Assembly (NCBI GenBank): GCA_046070625.1
Contig: JBJTMR010000061.1
Span: 570 to 64,569 of the forward strand
Source: Bdellovibrio sp.
GTDB taxonomy: Bacteria > Bdellovibrionota > Bdellovibrionia > Bdellovibrionales > Bdellovibrionaceae
Length of the DNA: 64,000 nt
Direction: 5' to 3'
This document shows positions 37,629 through 47,400 of the stretch, piece after piece. The notes under the pieces were generated by a model. That model worked only from the letters and a program-made list of their open reading frames with translations. It made no database searches and was not told the origin of the DNA. Position 1 is the first letter of the stretch. Every line of letters begins with the position of its first letter. The translations under genes were made by a program, and so were the position numbers.

Positions 37629-39395
37629 ATGAGTATGTCGATAAAATTCAAATTCCTCCTGATTACGTCGGTTCTATTAATTGGTTCCTCTGCCACGATC
37701 TTTTTAATAAACCGTGAATCATTTTTAGATGATAAAAGATCTTATCTTTATGCTTCTGCCCTAGAGCGCGTAGATAGCGCAGCAGAAAATTTCCAAAGAT
37801 CTTTCGATGTGAATTTCGATCGAATCAGTTCCGCATTACAGTTATTTGATCCGGCGACCCAACAGTTTCCTCCGCAAATAAAAAAAATCGCAGAAAATCA
37901 AACATGGGGTGATATCGGATTATATACTGCTGAGCCCGGCTTTCCCTTAAGACTCGTGGACGCTATTGGGCAACCTTCGAACCTGCCAGAGAGCCAGGCG
38001 GCCCGCCTATCAAATATCGCGGAAGGGCAAACACAGATTGATGTGGACCTTGCGACCCCGGATCGTATTCGCATATTCTTCCGCCAGGGAAACTATAGAA
38101 TATTCGGAAACTTAAAAATGGCCTTTTTCAAAGCCCTCCGTGATCAAGGTGAAATGGGTCTTTTGAAAGTGAGCAACTCAGAATTTTACTTTCCTCCCCA
38201 TCTGAAAGAGTTACAGCCTCTGGCGCCTCAGCTGATGACCTTAATGACCGGAGACAACAACGGCGTGAAGGATATTACCTACAACTCTCGTCCCTATTTG
38301 GTTTCTTACCGCACGCTTCCGATCATCAATACGGTGATCTTTGAAATTCACGATAAGAAAAAAATCTTCTCTGTCCTCGACAGCACCATGAACAGAACGC
38401 TATTCGCCAGTGCGATCATTTTACTGGCGGGTCTTTTAGCTATCTATTTTTCCGTCGACAACTTGACTGGAAATCTTTCGAAGCTGGCGGGGGCTATGCA
38501 ATCTTTCGCAACCAGTGGTACGGCTAAAAAACTTCAAATTAACAGCCAAGACGAAGTCGGCAAAATGTCCGGGGTCTTCAACTCAATGCAGGAGAAAATC
38601 GAAAACCTGCTCAAACAGACCCAAGAAAAAGCCCGAATGGCCAGTGAGCTTGAAACTGCGAAAGAGGTTCAGTCCGCCCTGCTTCCGAAGGCAAAGGTCG
38701 ATAATGAACGGTACACTGTTAAAGGTTACTATCAGCCCGCTTCCGAGTGTGGTGGAGATCTGTGGTTCCATAACTGTAAAGACGACAAGGTATTTGTCTT
38801 TATTGGAGATGCTACCGGGCATGGTGTTCCTGCCGCTCTTATTACCGCCGCAGCCAGGTCCATTCTTTCGATGTGTGTGGACGAAAACATTTGGAGTCCT
38901 TCTAAAGTGCTCTCCATGATTAACAAAGTTCTCTGTGACATCGCTGGCGGAGAAAAAATGATGACCGCCTTTGCGGCCGTGATTGATCTGAGCGCAAAAA
39001 AACTGACTTACTCCAACGCCAGTCATGATGTTCCTTTTATCGTGCCCCTGTCTGAAGAAGGACGAAAATTTAAAAAAAATGACCTGATGTTTTTGGGAGA
39101 AGCAAACAACAAACGTCTAGGTCATGAAAAGGGCACTTCCTACCAAGAAGAGTCACTGCCTTTCAATCCGGGACAAACCTTCTTTGCCTACACGGACGGA
39201 CTTATAGATGCCAAGAACTCTGGCGATGAAATCTTTGGGGAACGAATTGTTTTGAAGCTTGCGGCAGATTCAGCCACGAGAGGATCGCAACGCAGCCTGT
39301 ACGACCAAATCGCTCGAAAGGCCTCAGAGTTTACTGAGGGAGTCGAGCAACCTGACGACATTACGTTTGTAAGTTTTCACTGGAGATTAGATTAG
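37629..39395 (+). CDS. Membrane sensor PP2C/SpoIIE-type phosphatase (periplasmic sensor-HAMP-PP2C)
   Basis: Two TMs, HAMP (SQDEVGKMSGVFNSM), GGDLW, GDATGHGVPAAL, YTDGLID, DDITF. Confidence 0.92.
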   Translation: MSMSIKFKFLLITSVLLIGSSATIFLINRESFLDDKRSYLYASALERVDSAAENFQRSFDVNFDRISSALQLFDPATQQFPPQIKKIAENQTWGDIGLYTAEPGFPLRLVDAIGQPSNLPESQAARLSNIAEGQTQIDVDLATPDRIRIFFRQGNYRIFGNLKMAFFKALRDQGEMGLLKVSNSEFYFPPHLKELQPLAPQLMTLMTGDNNGVKDITYNSRPYLVSYRTLPIINTVIFEIHDKKKIFSVLDSTMNRTLFASAIILLAGLLAIYFSVDNLTGNLSKLAGAMQSFATSGTAKKLQINSQDEVGKMSGVFNSMQEKIENLLKQTQEKARMASELETAKEVQSALLPKAKVDNERYTVKGYYQPASECGGDLWFHNCKDDKVFVFIGDATGHGVPAALITAAARSILSMCVDENIWSPSKVLSMINKVLCDIAGGEKMMTAFAAVIDLSAKKLTYSNASHDVPFIVPLSEEGRKFKKNDLMFLGEANNKRLGHEKGTSYQEESLPFNPGQTFFAYTDGLIDAKNSGDEIFGERIVLKLAADSATRGSQRSLYDQIARKASEFTEGVEQPDDITFVSFHWRLD

Positions 39396-39428
39396 ATTCT
39401 TCAAGATTAATGAGCCAGAAAGATTGCC

Positions 39429-41171
39429 CTATTGAGCAATCTTTCTCACCTTCATATTTCCTTCAACCAGGTCTGATAACCGAATAGAACGACGATCTAA
39501 TTCCGCTTCAATCTGCTGGCAGATCGTACGGCGAACCTGCGCGGTTAATTTGCGGGGCGGGATAACAACCATGTCCGCCAAATCTCTTTCGACAATCATC
39601 GCCTTTTTCTCTGGCAAACTAGAAAGAGCATACGTAAAGAAGACTGCTGGAGTTCTAAAGAATGCCGCATAAAGGGCTTCTACCTCAAGACCACCCAAAA
39701 CTTCACCCACTATATCCAGAGGAGTAATTTTTAAATCATCAAAGGTCAAAATAGATCTGCGTACGCGCTCTAGTTCCTCTGGATTTTCATTGGCAAACAA
39801 GGCCAACATGTCCATTTCCTCTTCCGGTGTCATGCCACGGATAACTCGAGCCAATACCGTCGCGCCTTGAATTTTTGGTTCGGGCTTTACACGCATTTCC
39901 ATCATTCGTTGATTGAATGACTGGATGACCATCTTCACGACGTCATGAGGAAGCTTTTCGATGCGTGAAAGTTCGCTCATAACACGCACCTTTTTTTCAC
40001 CTTCCATTGTAGCAAGGATACCGGCAGTCACTTCAGCTGGTGCATGCAAACAAAAGATTGCAATATTGCGCGCGCTTTCTTTGTCTAAGATTTGCTGGCG
40101 CTCATCTTCACGCATTTTTAAGACAAAGCTAAACGGATTTTGTTCATCTTCAGTCATTTCATGTTCAATGTAAGCCGCAAGTATAGCGCGATAAGTTTCT
40201 CGCACACCGGTTTCAATCTGTGCGGTCGTCGGATCACCCTGACGGTCTTTAACCGTACGACCCATCTTTGCCCACGCCATCGCTGGAATTTCCGTAAATG
40301 CCTGTTTAGCAATATCCCAGCCCAAGAAATCCATCATATAAGTGGCATTTTCGGCGGACTTTTCCAGACAATACTCTGCCATCGCACGAGATGCCATCTG
40401 AGGATACCTAGCTGCAATTTGCACCACATGTTGACGAACGGAGTCCAAATCTAAATCCCAAATTGGCGGTTTCTCCGGTTCAGGAATCACTGGAGAAGCG
40501 GCCGCTGCAACGGTCGGCACAGGTTCTTCTTCTTTTACTTCAGGTTTCGGTTCCTGATGACGATAATCGTGATTTTCTTTAAACTCTTTCTTAGGATCCT
40601 GAGCTCGTGCACGTCTCCACACAGCGAACATCAATCCCGCAAGAGCAAGCAACGACAAGATCACTACTAAAGTCCAAGTCTTCCACGTAAGCTCGGGCAG
40701 CTTTTTGGGAGCTTCTTCCAGCTTTGGGTCTGATGGCAATTCAATCCGACGAACGACCACAGCATCTCCAGCATTTGCGTCTAAATGTAATTTAGACGTC
40801 AGAAGGTCTCTAATGACCTTCTCTACCTCTGGAGAAACATTCCGCGACAGAACGACACTAATATCTGTTTTTGCCTTCATTTCATGAAGCTTATTGGCCG
40901 CCTGAGGGGCCACAGGAACGTCGCCCATCATCGGCATACCTGGAAGATATTGAACTTCTGCTTCATCATGAAATTCTTTAAGCTTTTTCTCGTCACGGTC
41001 CAATTCTACCGAAACAACCAAAGTATAATCCGTTGGACGCAAAATAGTGTTCAGAACAGCCCGGGCCCGAATTTCATAAAGGCTTTCCAAGGATCCCATT
41101 TCTTCAATATATTGTGCCTTGACGGACAGTGTGGAAAAAACAAGTCCTAAAACTATTAAGGTTTTTTTCAT
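39429..41171 (-). CDS. FliF(RBM3)-TM-FliG(M/C) fusion protein
   Basis: Cleavable signal; LESLYEIRARAVLNTIL...VVSVELD and ISVVLS...IRDLLTSKLHLDANAGDAVVV match the FliF ring domain; one TM; IAIFCLHAP, GATVLARVI, ENPEELERVRRSILTFDDL and SSLPEKKAMIVERDL match FliG middle and C domains. Confidence 0.8.
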   Translation of the reverse strand: MKKTLIVLGLVFSTLSVKAQYIEEMGSLESLYEIRARAVLNTILRPTDYTLVVSVELDRDEKKLKEFHDEAEVQYLPGMPMMGDVPVAPQAANKLHEMKAKTDISVVLSRNVSPEVEKVIRDLLTSKLHLDANAGDAVVVRRIELPSDPKLEEAPKKLPELTWKTWTLVVILSLLALAGLMFAVWRRARAQDPKKEFKENHDYRHQEPKPEVKEEEPVPTVAAAASPVIPEPEKPPIWDLDLDSVRQHVVQIAARYPQMASRAMAEYCLEKSAENATYMMDFLGWDIAKQAFTEIPAMAWAKMGRTVKDRQGDPTTAQIETGVRETYRAILAAYIEHEMTEDEQNPFSFVLKMREDERQQILDKESARNIAIFCLHAPAEVTAGILATMEGEKKVRVMSELSRIEKLPHDVVKMVIQSFNQRMMEMRVKPEPKIQGATVLARVIRGMTPEEEMDMLALFANENPEELERVRRSILTFDDLKITPLDIVGEVLGGLEVEALYAAFFRTPAVFFTYALSSLPEKKAMIVERDLADMVVIPPRKLTAQVRRTICQQIEAELDRRSIRLSDLVEGNMKVRKIAQ

Positions 41172-42124
41172 CGCACTACTCCAGAACTTAATATAGCCTG
41201 CGCCATATCTTTAATTTGAGGATATTGAGACTCTTTACTAATTCGAATTACTTCCGCACGAAACTCTTCCACAGAAGACAATTCACGAACGCCGACCAAA
41301 AATGCCTCTTCGTTAGACTCTCCTGATTTTTTAGCCAATCCACCTAGATACTTTTTAAGATCCCCTTTAACCATGCCTCGGTTAATGACCAGTTGCTTAA
41401 ATATCAAAGGCCTAAATTTTTCGTTATAAGAATCATAGGATTTATAGATTTCATTCCAAAAATCAGAAGCGACTCGAAGATCACGCATCTGACTGATTAA
41501 CAAAACGGCTTCATAGGGACCTGTTTTAGAACGAATTTTCTCGTGAACAATTTTGCGTGCCTTTTCGGGAAAAGGGTTCAATCGAACTAATGTCTCCGCG
41601 ACGATGTCCTTTTGGTTTCCGGGCTGCGCTGATTTTTCAAAATTTAACAAGTGATTCGTTGCCTTAGTGGACAATGAATCAAATTTTAATAAAACTTTTG
41701 ATGCATAACTCAAAATCTGAGCTTCTTCACCTAGAACCGGTTTCTCGCGCTTCGCAGTCATGAAGTCCGCAATTTGCTCCTGCAACTGATTCAAATGTTC
41801 TTTTTCTTCTGGTTTCCATTCAGGCTTTGCCACATCCAAAACATAGATGCTGGCTTGAAAGAAATTTCGATTTTCACTTAGAGATTTGCTCAACCCAAAG
41901 AATCCTGACAGGGCGGCAAAGTTTTTTTCTTTCCAGGCTTTCCCAGTTGGTGAAGTCAGATGAGTACTCACTGTTAACCCATGAGCCTTTTTAAGGTCCG
42001 CCAACACATCGGCACCTTCAGATATTTTTGCTGAGTGACTCGTTTTTTTATAAAACAAATAACTACCGCTAACTATCGCCGTTAAAAATACAACTCCTGA
42101 TATTATGACAATCTTCTTATTCAT
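41168..42124 (-). CDS. Membrane-anchored helical protein, unknown function
   Basis: N-terminal TM, helical (HEAT-like) body; ATGA overlap with the FliF-FliG fusion. Confidence 0.75.
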   Translation of the reverse strand: MNKKIVIISGVVFLTAIVSGSYLFYKKTSHSAKISEGADVLADLKKAHGLTVSTHLTSPTGKAWKEKNFAALSGFFGLSKSLSENRNFFQASIYVLDVAKPEWKPEEKEHLNQLQEQIADFMTAKREKPVLGEEAQILSYASKVLLKFDSLSTKATNHLLNFEKSAQPGNQKDIVAETLVRLNPFPEKARKIVHEKIRSKTGPYEAVLLISQMRDLRVASDFWNEIYKSYDSYNEKFRPLIFKQLVINRGMVKGDLKKYLGGLAKKSGESNEEAFLVGVRELSSVEEFRAEVIRISKESQYPQIKDMAQAILSSGVVR

Positions 42125-42127
42125 GTA

Positions 42128-42712
42128 TTACTCGAATCCCACGAAACGGACCCCCGCAAAGAGGGTGATAAAAGTATACTGCACGCCATCTTCCGCCGTC
42201 CCTGCAGCGGTAAGGCTGGAACCCATTGCAACCTGTCCTATCAAAAGCATATTGGACATCATCGGAATCTCAACCCCGCCTCGAAGGTTAAGATCAACAA
42301 GCGAAGCATTAAAGTCTTTGACTGCCAAATTAGATAACCCCAGATTGGCCGCCACAAATGGTGTAGGCCGCCATACCTTTGCTTGAGTTCGGCTGTCTAA
42401 AATGGTGCGAAGACCATTGGTACCGAAAAGGTAATACCGCGCTCCCAGAGCAATCCGTGTAAACGGCATCTGCATTCCTTCGGCCTCCGTCATCTCCATA
42501 AAAGACAGAGTAAAAGCGGTGTTGATAGAAGGACTATTGACACTGTAGTTCACTTCTAGAGTCGTAGGTGACTCTATCGTTTTTGAAGATGAGTCCCTAG
42601 CAAAGGCATACTTTAATGACGTCATACCTAAGCTCACATCCCAATCGGATGTCAAATAAGCCCAAGCAGGCGACGACATTAAAAGCGCTATCACTAAAAC
42701 CCAAGCCTTCAT
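42128..42712 (-). CDS. Small outer-membrane beta-barrel candidate
   Basis: Signal peptide (AWA|YL), amphipathic strands (ALGARYYL, PFVAANLG, LRGGVEIP), aromatic near C-terminus. Confidence 0.7.
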   Translation of the reverse strand: MKAWVLVIALLMSSPAWAYLTSDWDVSLGMTSLKYAFARDSSSKTIESPTTLEVNYSVNSPSINTAFTLSFMEMTEAEGMQMPFTRIALGARYYLFGTNGLRTILDSRTQAKVWRPTPFVAANLGLSNLAVKDFNASLVDLNLRGGVEIPMMSNMLLIGQVAMGSSLTAAGTAEDGVQYTFITLFAGVRFVGFE

Positions 42713-43605
42713 TAACGAACAACCTTTTTATCTGGGTTACGTTTGTCGATCTCAATCGTTGATGCCGGATATCTCATCTCGGCTCCCGATTGTGGAAGCG
42801 GAGCCATTCCCAGACGTTTGTAAACGTCAGATAGATACTGGTAAGCCACTTTGTTGTAAGGATCGATCTTCAAACATCTCTCCCAAGCTACCTTCGCTCC
42901 CTGGAAGTCTTTCTGCAAATATTTTACAGAGCCCTTTAAGAGCCAGGCATTGTTGGAGTACTCATCCATTGTAATTGCCTTATCAATTTGCTCCAGAGCC
43001 TGCGGATAGTTTCCTTTCATGATGGCTTGCTGACCTTGAAAGATAAGCCCCACCACTTTTTCACTACGATCCCGATCTGTTTGCGGCATTCCCCCAGATA
43101 AACGTGGAGAGAACAAAGCATCCTTGTAAAAGGACGAAGTATTCTCTAGTAATGCCACCCGCAATTTTAGCTCAGAAAGTTCCGCCAAAAGATCATCCAT
43201 TTTTTTGTCTTCAGGCTTCTTTTTATCCTCGGGTTTTTGTTGAGGATCTTGCTTTTTCTGATCATCGTTTTTCGCTAACTCTTCGGCCTTTTTTTCTTCA
43301 TCAGACAAAGGGTCGAGGCGCGCCTGTACCGCAATACTTTCCCCTTCATTAACCTTCACCATGACTTCTTTTGTACGATAGTTTTGTTTTTCAAAAATTA
43401 GAAAGAAAACATCGCCCAGCTTAGACTCTTCTTGTACGTTCAGAGGAGCAATACCCAAAAGCTTTTTTTCGTTACTCTGCATATCTTTGATGTAGACTTT
43501 TGATCCAGTCGGATAAGACTTGATTGAGTACTTCCCGGCACAAGCTGAGATAAATACTGGAGAAAGAGCAAGGCACAACATTTTCAGTTGTCGTGTCAGA
43601 AACAT
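42712..43605 (-). CDS. PEGA-domain plus TPR lipoprotein
   Basis: Start moved to ATG 43605 (GGAGG RBS); lipobox FISAC; YSIKSYPTGSKVYI...LGIAPL PEGA-like; coiled coil; TPRs (YPQALEQIDKAI, AKVAWERCLKIDPYN). Confidence 0.8.
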   Translation of the reverse strand: MFLTRQLKMLCLALSPVFISACAGKYSIKSYPTGSKVYIKDMQSNEKKLLGIAPLNVQEESKLGDVFFLIFEKQNYRTKEVMVKVNEGESIAVQARLDPLSDEEKKAEELAKNDDQKKQDPQQKPEDKKKPEDKKMDDLLAELSELKLRVALLENTSSFYKDALFSPRLSGGMPQTDRDRSEKVVGLIFQGQQAIMKGNYPQALEQIDKAITMDEYSNNAWLLKGSVKYLQKDFQGAKVAWERCLKIDPYNKVAYQYLSDVYKRLGMAPLPQSGAEMRYPASTIEIDKRNPDKKVVR

Positions 43606-43691
43606 TTCCATTATCCTCCATGATATATGGGCGTCGCATTCTGCTTCCCCATATTCATTTTCCCAAGTATGAGAGGAAAAAAGCATTGCTT

Positions 43692-44306
43692 ATGAGACAT
43701 ATCCTATCCTTAGTCCTGTTATTAATGTTCTGTGATGTTTCGCGTGCCAACCTTCAGGCACCAGTCTTAAGAACTAAGCTTTCTATGTACAACACGACGG
43801 TGACCGCAGGCGAGCTGGTCCAGGAGCAAGCTCTTGGCTCTCTGATGACGTTTCAGCCCTCACTTCTTTGGGACATTCCCTCGATGAGCGCACGCGTAGG
43901 GGTGCACTATATTATCGATATTAATAGCAAATATGGGGCTACTCCTATCTCAGGCATAGGTTTAAGTGGATATTACTATCTCAAAGGTTTGTCTTCGGTT
44001 TATGAAGTTACTCCGGATGAGGTCTTAACTCAAAAGTCGCGTCCAGGCTTGTTTACCTTCGCAAGCTTCACTCCGGTTAATTTTAATCTAAATAAAATGG
44101 ATCAAGCCGATCCGAATCAGTCATTTTCTTTTAGTGCTCTGGTATATGAATTTATTCTAGGTCTAGGATATGAATATCCTTTAAAACCGAATGCTCTTCT
44201 GGCTTTTGAACTTTCCCAGAGAGAAGGCTCCTCATCTTCCGGAGACAAAAATGTTCGGTACTCCGGCATGGGCTTCTCTCTGGTATTTACGACTTCTTAC
44301 TATTGA
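43692..44306 (+). CDS. Small outer-membrane beta-barrel candidate
   Basis: Start moved to MRHILSL; signal peptide (SRA|NL); amphipathic strands; ends TTSYY. Confidence 0.7.
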   Translation: MRHILSLVLLLMFCDVSRANLQAPVLRTKLSMYNTTVTAGELVQEQALGSLMTFQPSLLWDIPSMSARVGVHYIIDINSKYGATPISGIGLSGYYYLKGLSSVYEVTPDEVLTQKSRPGLFTFASFTPVNFNLNKMDQADPNQSFSFSALVYEFILGLGYEYPLKPNALLAFELSQREGSSSSGDKNVRYSGMGFSLVFTTSYY

Positions 44307-45247
44307 GCTTTCTCTTCGTACTGCTTGGCTTTCGTTTCAAGAGCTTCAATTTTCTTTTCTAAGTTCTGTAATTGTTGCTCTTTACGTTTTTGCTCAGCCT
44401 GTTCACGGTACTTTCTTTGAGCTTCCTCAAAACGAGCTTTCGCGAGCTTCATCTTATCTTGCAGTTCCGCCTCTTTTTGTTGGCGTTCCACTTCTTCTTT
44501 ATTGAGTTGTTTTTTAAACTGTTGCTGTTGCAGACGGTATGCCGCCTCCGGATCCATCATCTTTACTGCAATCATCACACGACGATTTACAGCTTTGTTG
44601 GTCGGTAGATCCTCGCCCTTGGCGTCTTTCTCTGGAGCAATTGGCTGAGAAGATCCATATCCCACTGCTGACAGCATTTTCGATTCAAGACCACTTTCCT
44701 CAAGATACCGAACCACAGAGCTTGCGCGCAATGATGACAACTCCCAATTTGATTTGATCAAGCTATTTTGCATACGATCGCCGTCCGTGTGTCCTTCAAC
44801 TGAAATCTTTTCCACACCGGGAACAGATCTTAAAGCTGCAACGACCTTGCGCATGCCGGATTTAGCTTCTTCTCGCAATTCAGTCGCGCCAGAGGCAAAT
44901 AGAACTTCTCCATCAAATTTTAAAAGAATCGTGTCGTCAGATCCCTTGGAAACTTCGACGCCTTTTAAATCACCAGATCCCAACAGAGTTGTTTTTAGCT
45001 TCTGTTCAGCCAAAACAATTGTGCTAGTCTCTTTAATTGTACCACCGAAATATTGAGCGACTTCTTTCCGAACCAAATCGAATTTTGTGTTATCAAATCT
45101 TGATAGAGAATACATCAAAACGAAAAACCCAAAAAGTAAGGTCATCATGTCCGCATAACTGACGAGCCAATTGGATTCGTCATGAGAATGAGATCCGTGA
45201 TCGTCATGCTCCTCGTGATGCTTGCTGCGTTTACTTGGTGCCCCCAT
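44300..45247 (-). CDS. motB: MotB-family stator subunit with C-terminal coiled-coil extension
   Basis: WLVSYADMMTLL with the proton-accepting Asp; OmpA domain VEGHTD, SNWELSSLRA, VGYG, NRRV. Confidence 0.93.
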   Translation of the reverse strand: MGAPSKRSKHHEEHDDHGSHSHDESNWLVSYADMMTLLFGFFVLMYSLSRFDNTKFDLVRKEVAQYFGGTIKETSTIVLAEQKLKTTLLGSGDLKGVEVSKGSDDTILLKFDGEVLFASGATELREEAKSGMRKVVAALRSVPGVEKISVEGHTDGDRMQNSLIKSNWELSSLRASSVVRYLEESGLESKMLSAVGYGSSQPIAPEKDAKGEDLPTNKAVNRRVMIAVKMMDPEAAYRLQQQQFKKQLNKEEVERQQKEAELQDKMKLAKARFEEAQRKYREQAEQKRKEQQLQNLEKKIEALETKAKQYEEKAQ

Positions 45248-46048
45248 TTAGGCCGCCTTTTTTGTCGCTGGCATTTCGTTGTTACGTTGACCTGGTGGCA
45301 AGAAAGATTTTAGATATTCACGAATAAAAATGGGATGTTTTTTCTCATGAACTAGAAGAACACCTTCCTTAATAATCTCTCGCAAGGTCATATCTGCCTG
45401 AGATACGCTGATCAACTTTTCGCTGATTGGAATCAAAATAAGATTGGCCAACAACAAACCGTAGAATGTCGCAACGAGAGCCGTCGCCATGGCCGGACCG
45501 ATACGATCTTGGGCCCCTGGTTCACCCAATGTCTGAAGCAACGAAATCATCCCCAAAGTTGCCCCCAAAAGACCGAATGCCGGGGGAAAACGGGATAGCG
45601 TCTGCCACACTTTTATTTCCTCGCCATCACGCTTTCTTTTACCACGAACGGCGTTAGACAGTACCTCATCTAGTTCTTCATAATTAAAACCATAATCAAC
45701 TAAGAGCTGAATACCATCTTTTAAAAATGGATGATCCGACGGTTTCAAAGCACTTTGAACTGCTTTAGGATCTTTCCTATAGGCCTCAGAAAGTTCGACA
45801 ATCTTTTCAATTGTATCCAAATAGTTAATCGCTCTTTCACGACCTAGATATTTTCGAGCAATGATTTTCAGCGCTGTTCCTAGACTTTTGAAATTGAAGC
45901 TCATCAAGGCAACGGTAAGCGTTCCGCCCACCACCAGCATCAATCCATGTACGTCCGCAAACACCTTTGGATTTTTTGCGCTGTCGAGAATTGCAAAGCC
46001 GGCAATCCCTGCCGCCGCTAATAGTCCTAATAAACCTGCAAAATTCAT
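45248..46048 (-). CDS. motA: MotA-family stator subunit
   Basis: LVVGGT, HPFLKDGIQLLVD, PPAFGLLGATLGMI, IGPAMATALVATFYG, IPISEKL. Confidence 0.93.
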   Translation of the reverse strand: MNFAGLLGLLAAAGIAGFAILDSAKNPKVFADVHGLMLVVGGTLTVALMSFNFKSLGTALKIIARKYLGRERAINYLDTIEKIVELSEAYRKDPKAVQSALKPSDHPFLKDGIQLLVDYGFNYEELDEVLSNAVRGKRKRDGEEIKVWQTLSRFPPAFGLLGATLGMISLLQTLGEPGAQDRIGPAMATALVATFYGLLLANLILIPISEKLISVSQADMTLREIIKEGVLLVHEKKHPIFIREYLKSFLPPGQRNNEMPATKKAA

Positions 46049-46201
46049 AGTTCCTCCGAAAATTCACAGTTGAAATAATCCACTGGTTTCTTCGAAACAT
46101 TTTCATGAGTTCTAAACTGTACTTAAGCTTAGATTTTCGAACTTTAGCTGGTTGCAATTTTGTGGAAAAGGTTCTCACGTTTATACTAAAGAGAACTAAG
46201 G

Positions 46202-46642
46202 GTGAAAATTATGATCACGGCTATTACATTTGTTTTTATACTTATATGTGTCGTGGAAGGCGTACTTATCACACGCGAATTCCTCGGAACACGAAGGAAC
46301 GTTACCGCTAAATCTCTTTTGGCTGAACTCCAAAATGAAAATCGCGCCCTATCCGAAAAGCTAGGTGCTACAGAGAAAAAGCTAGACGAAGCTCATAAGG
46401 AACTACAAGGCATTCATCTTTTATGGAATAAAGCCCTTCTATCTGAGCAAGGCCTCCGACAGGACCTTGAGATAGCGAAAACTCAGCTAACATATCTCGC
46501 CCAAACTGTCTTAAAAATTAAATCAGAAACAAAGACTTACTGGTCGGAAGAAGTAACGACAGTTGCTGCTCCTCCAAAGAAATCAGAAAATCTTCGTGCC
46601 TTTAAAAACTCTAGCGAGCTTATTGCTCGGGACTTTCTCTAG
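46202..46642 (+). CDS. Membrane-anchored coiled-coil protein
   Basis: N-terminal TM followed by about 70 aa of heptads; divergent from motA. Confidence 0.7.
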   Translation: MKIMITAITFVFILICVVEGVLITREFLGTRRNVTAKSLLAELQNENRALSEKLGATEKKLDEAHKELQGIHLLWNKALLSEQGLRQDLEIAKTQLTYLAQTVLKIKSETKTYWSEEVTTVAAPPKKSENLRAFKNSSELIARDFL

Positions 46643-47379
46643 TTTTTCTGCCCTTTTACTTCGGACTTCTTACACTTTTCCGTAAATCTGTCGGGCACGA
46701 CGTCTAGTTGGCGAAGATCCACCGTTCCATCCTTATCCTTAAAGACTTTAAAGTCATCCATGCACGTTCCTGGAGTTTGTAAGGCATAAAGAATTCCAGA
46801 CAAAGACTTTTGCAGTGCTGAGTTCACTTTGGAAATCTGCTCAAATGCTGGCGTTGCGGTACAAACGGTTTCTCGATTTTTGCGATAGCCTTCTAGCTCA
46901 TTTTTTACAACTCGAGTCTCTCTGCGATACTTATCTAAAGCGATAGAAGAATCATACTTGACCAAGTCTGTAGCGGTAGCAGCCTTGTCGAGGTCATCCG
47001 ATATTTTAATAACGTTCTTTTCTATTTCTATAAAGAGATCACTCTTGTATTTGCTAATTTCTGACAAAGAAGCCGTTTTGCGGTACGCTTTTAGGTTTGC
47101 AAAGCGGTCCGACTTTGCATCAATTTCAAATACCCGTTCGTAACCAGCCTTGCTCTTGACGGTGATATAGCCAAGGACAGCGGCTTGGTCGATGAACAGA
47201 CCGACGTCGTCAGCCTTCATCAAAATAAGATCACCATCCTTTGCGACCCATTGACAGATCAGGTTTGAACCCGTATTTCGAATAAGGCAGTAGAGCTCAT
47301 TTGATTCAATCTGGGATGCCAAAACAGCAGTCCCCATTCCGAAACTCACTACAATGCCCACTAGAAAGTATTTAAACAT
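46639..47379 (-). CDS. Secreted protein, unknown function
   Basis: Signal peptide (VLA|SQ), five Cys, helical middle. Confidence 0.75.
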   Translation of the reverse strand: MFKYFLVGIVVSFGMGTAVLASQIESNELYCLIRNTGSNLICQWVAKDGDLILMKADDVGLFIDQAAVLGYITVKSKAGYERVFEIDAKSDRFANLKAYRKTASLSEISKYKSDLFIEIEKNVIKISDDLDKAATATDLVKYDSSIALDKYRRETRVVKNELEGYRKNRETVCTATPAFEQISKVNSALQKSLSGILYALQTPGTCMDDFKVFKDKDGTVDLRQLDVVPDRFTEKCKKSEVKGQKN

Positions 47380-47400
47380 AGGACTCTCCTCTCTGGTCGC

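Noticed and set aside
39429-46048. Ordinary flagellar operon
   Set aside because: No fliE/H/I/M/N, flg, flh or flagellin genes nearby; the FliF part lacks RBM1/2 and the first TM; neighbours are barrels and adhesins. A contribution of these stators to swimming is not excluded.
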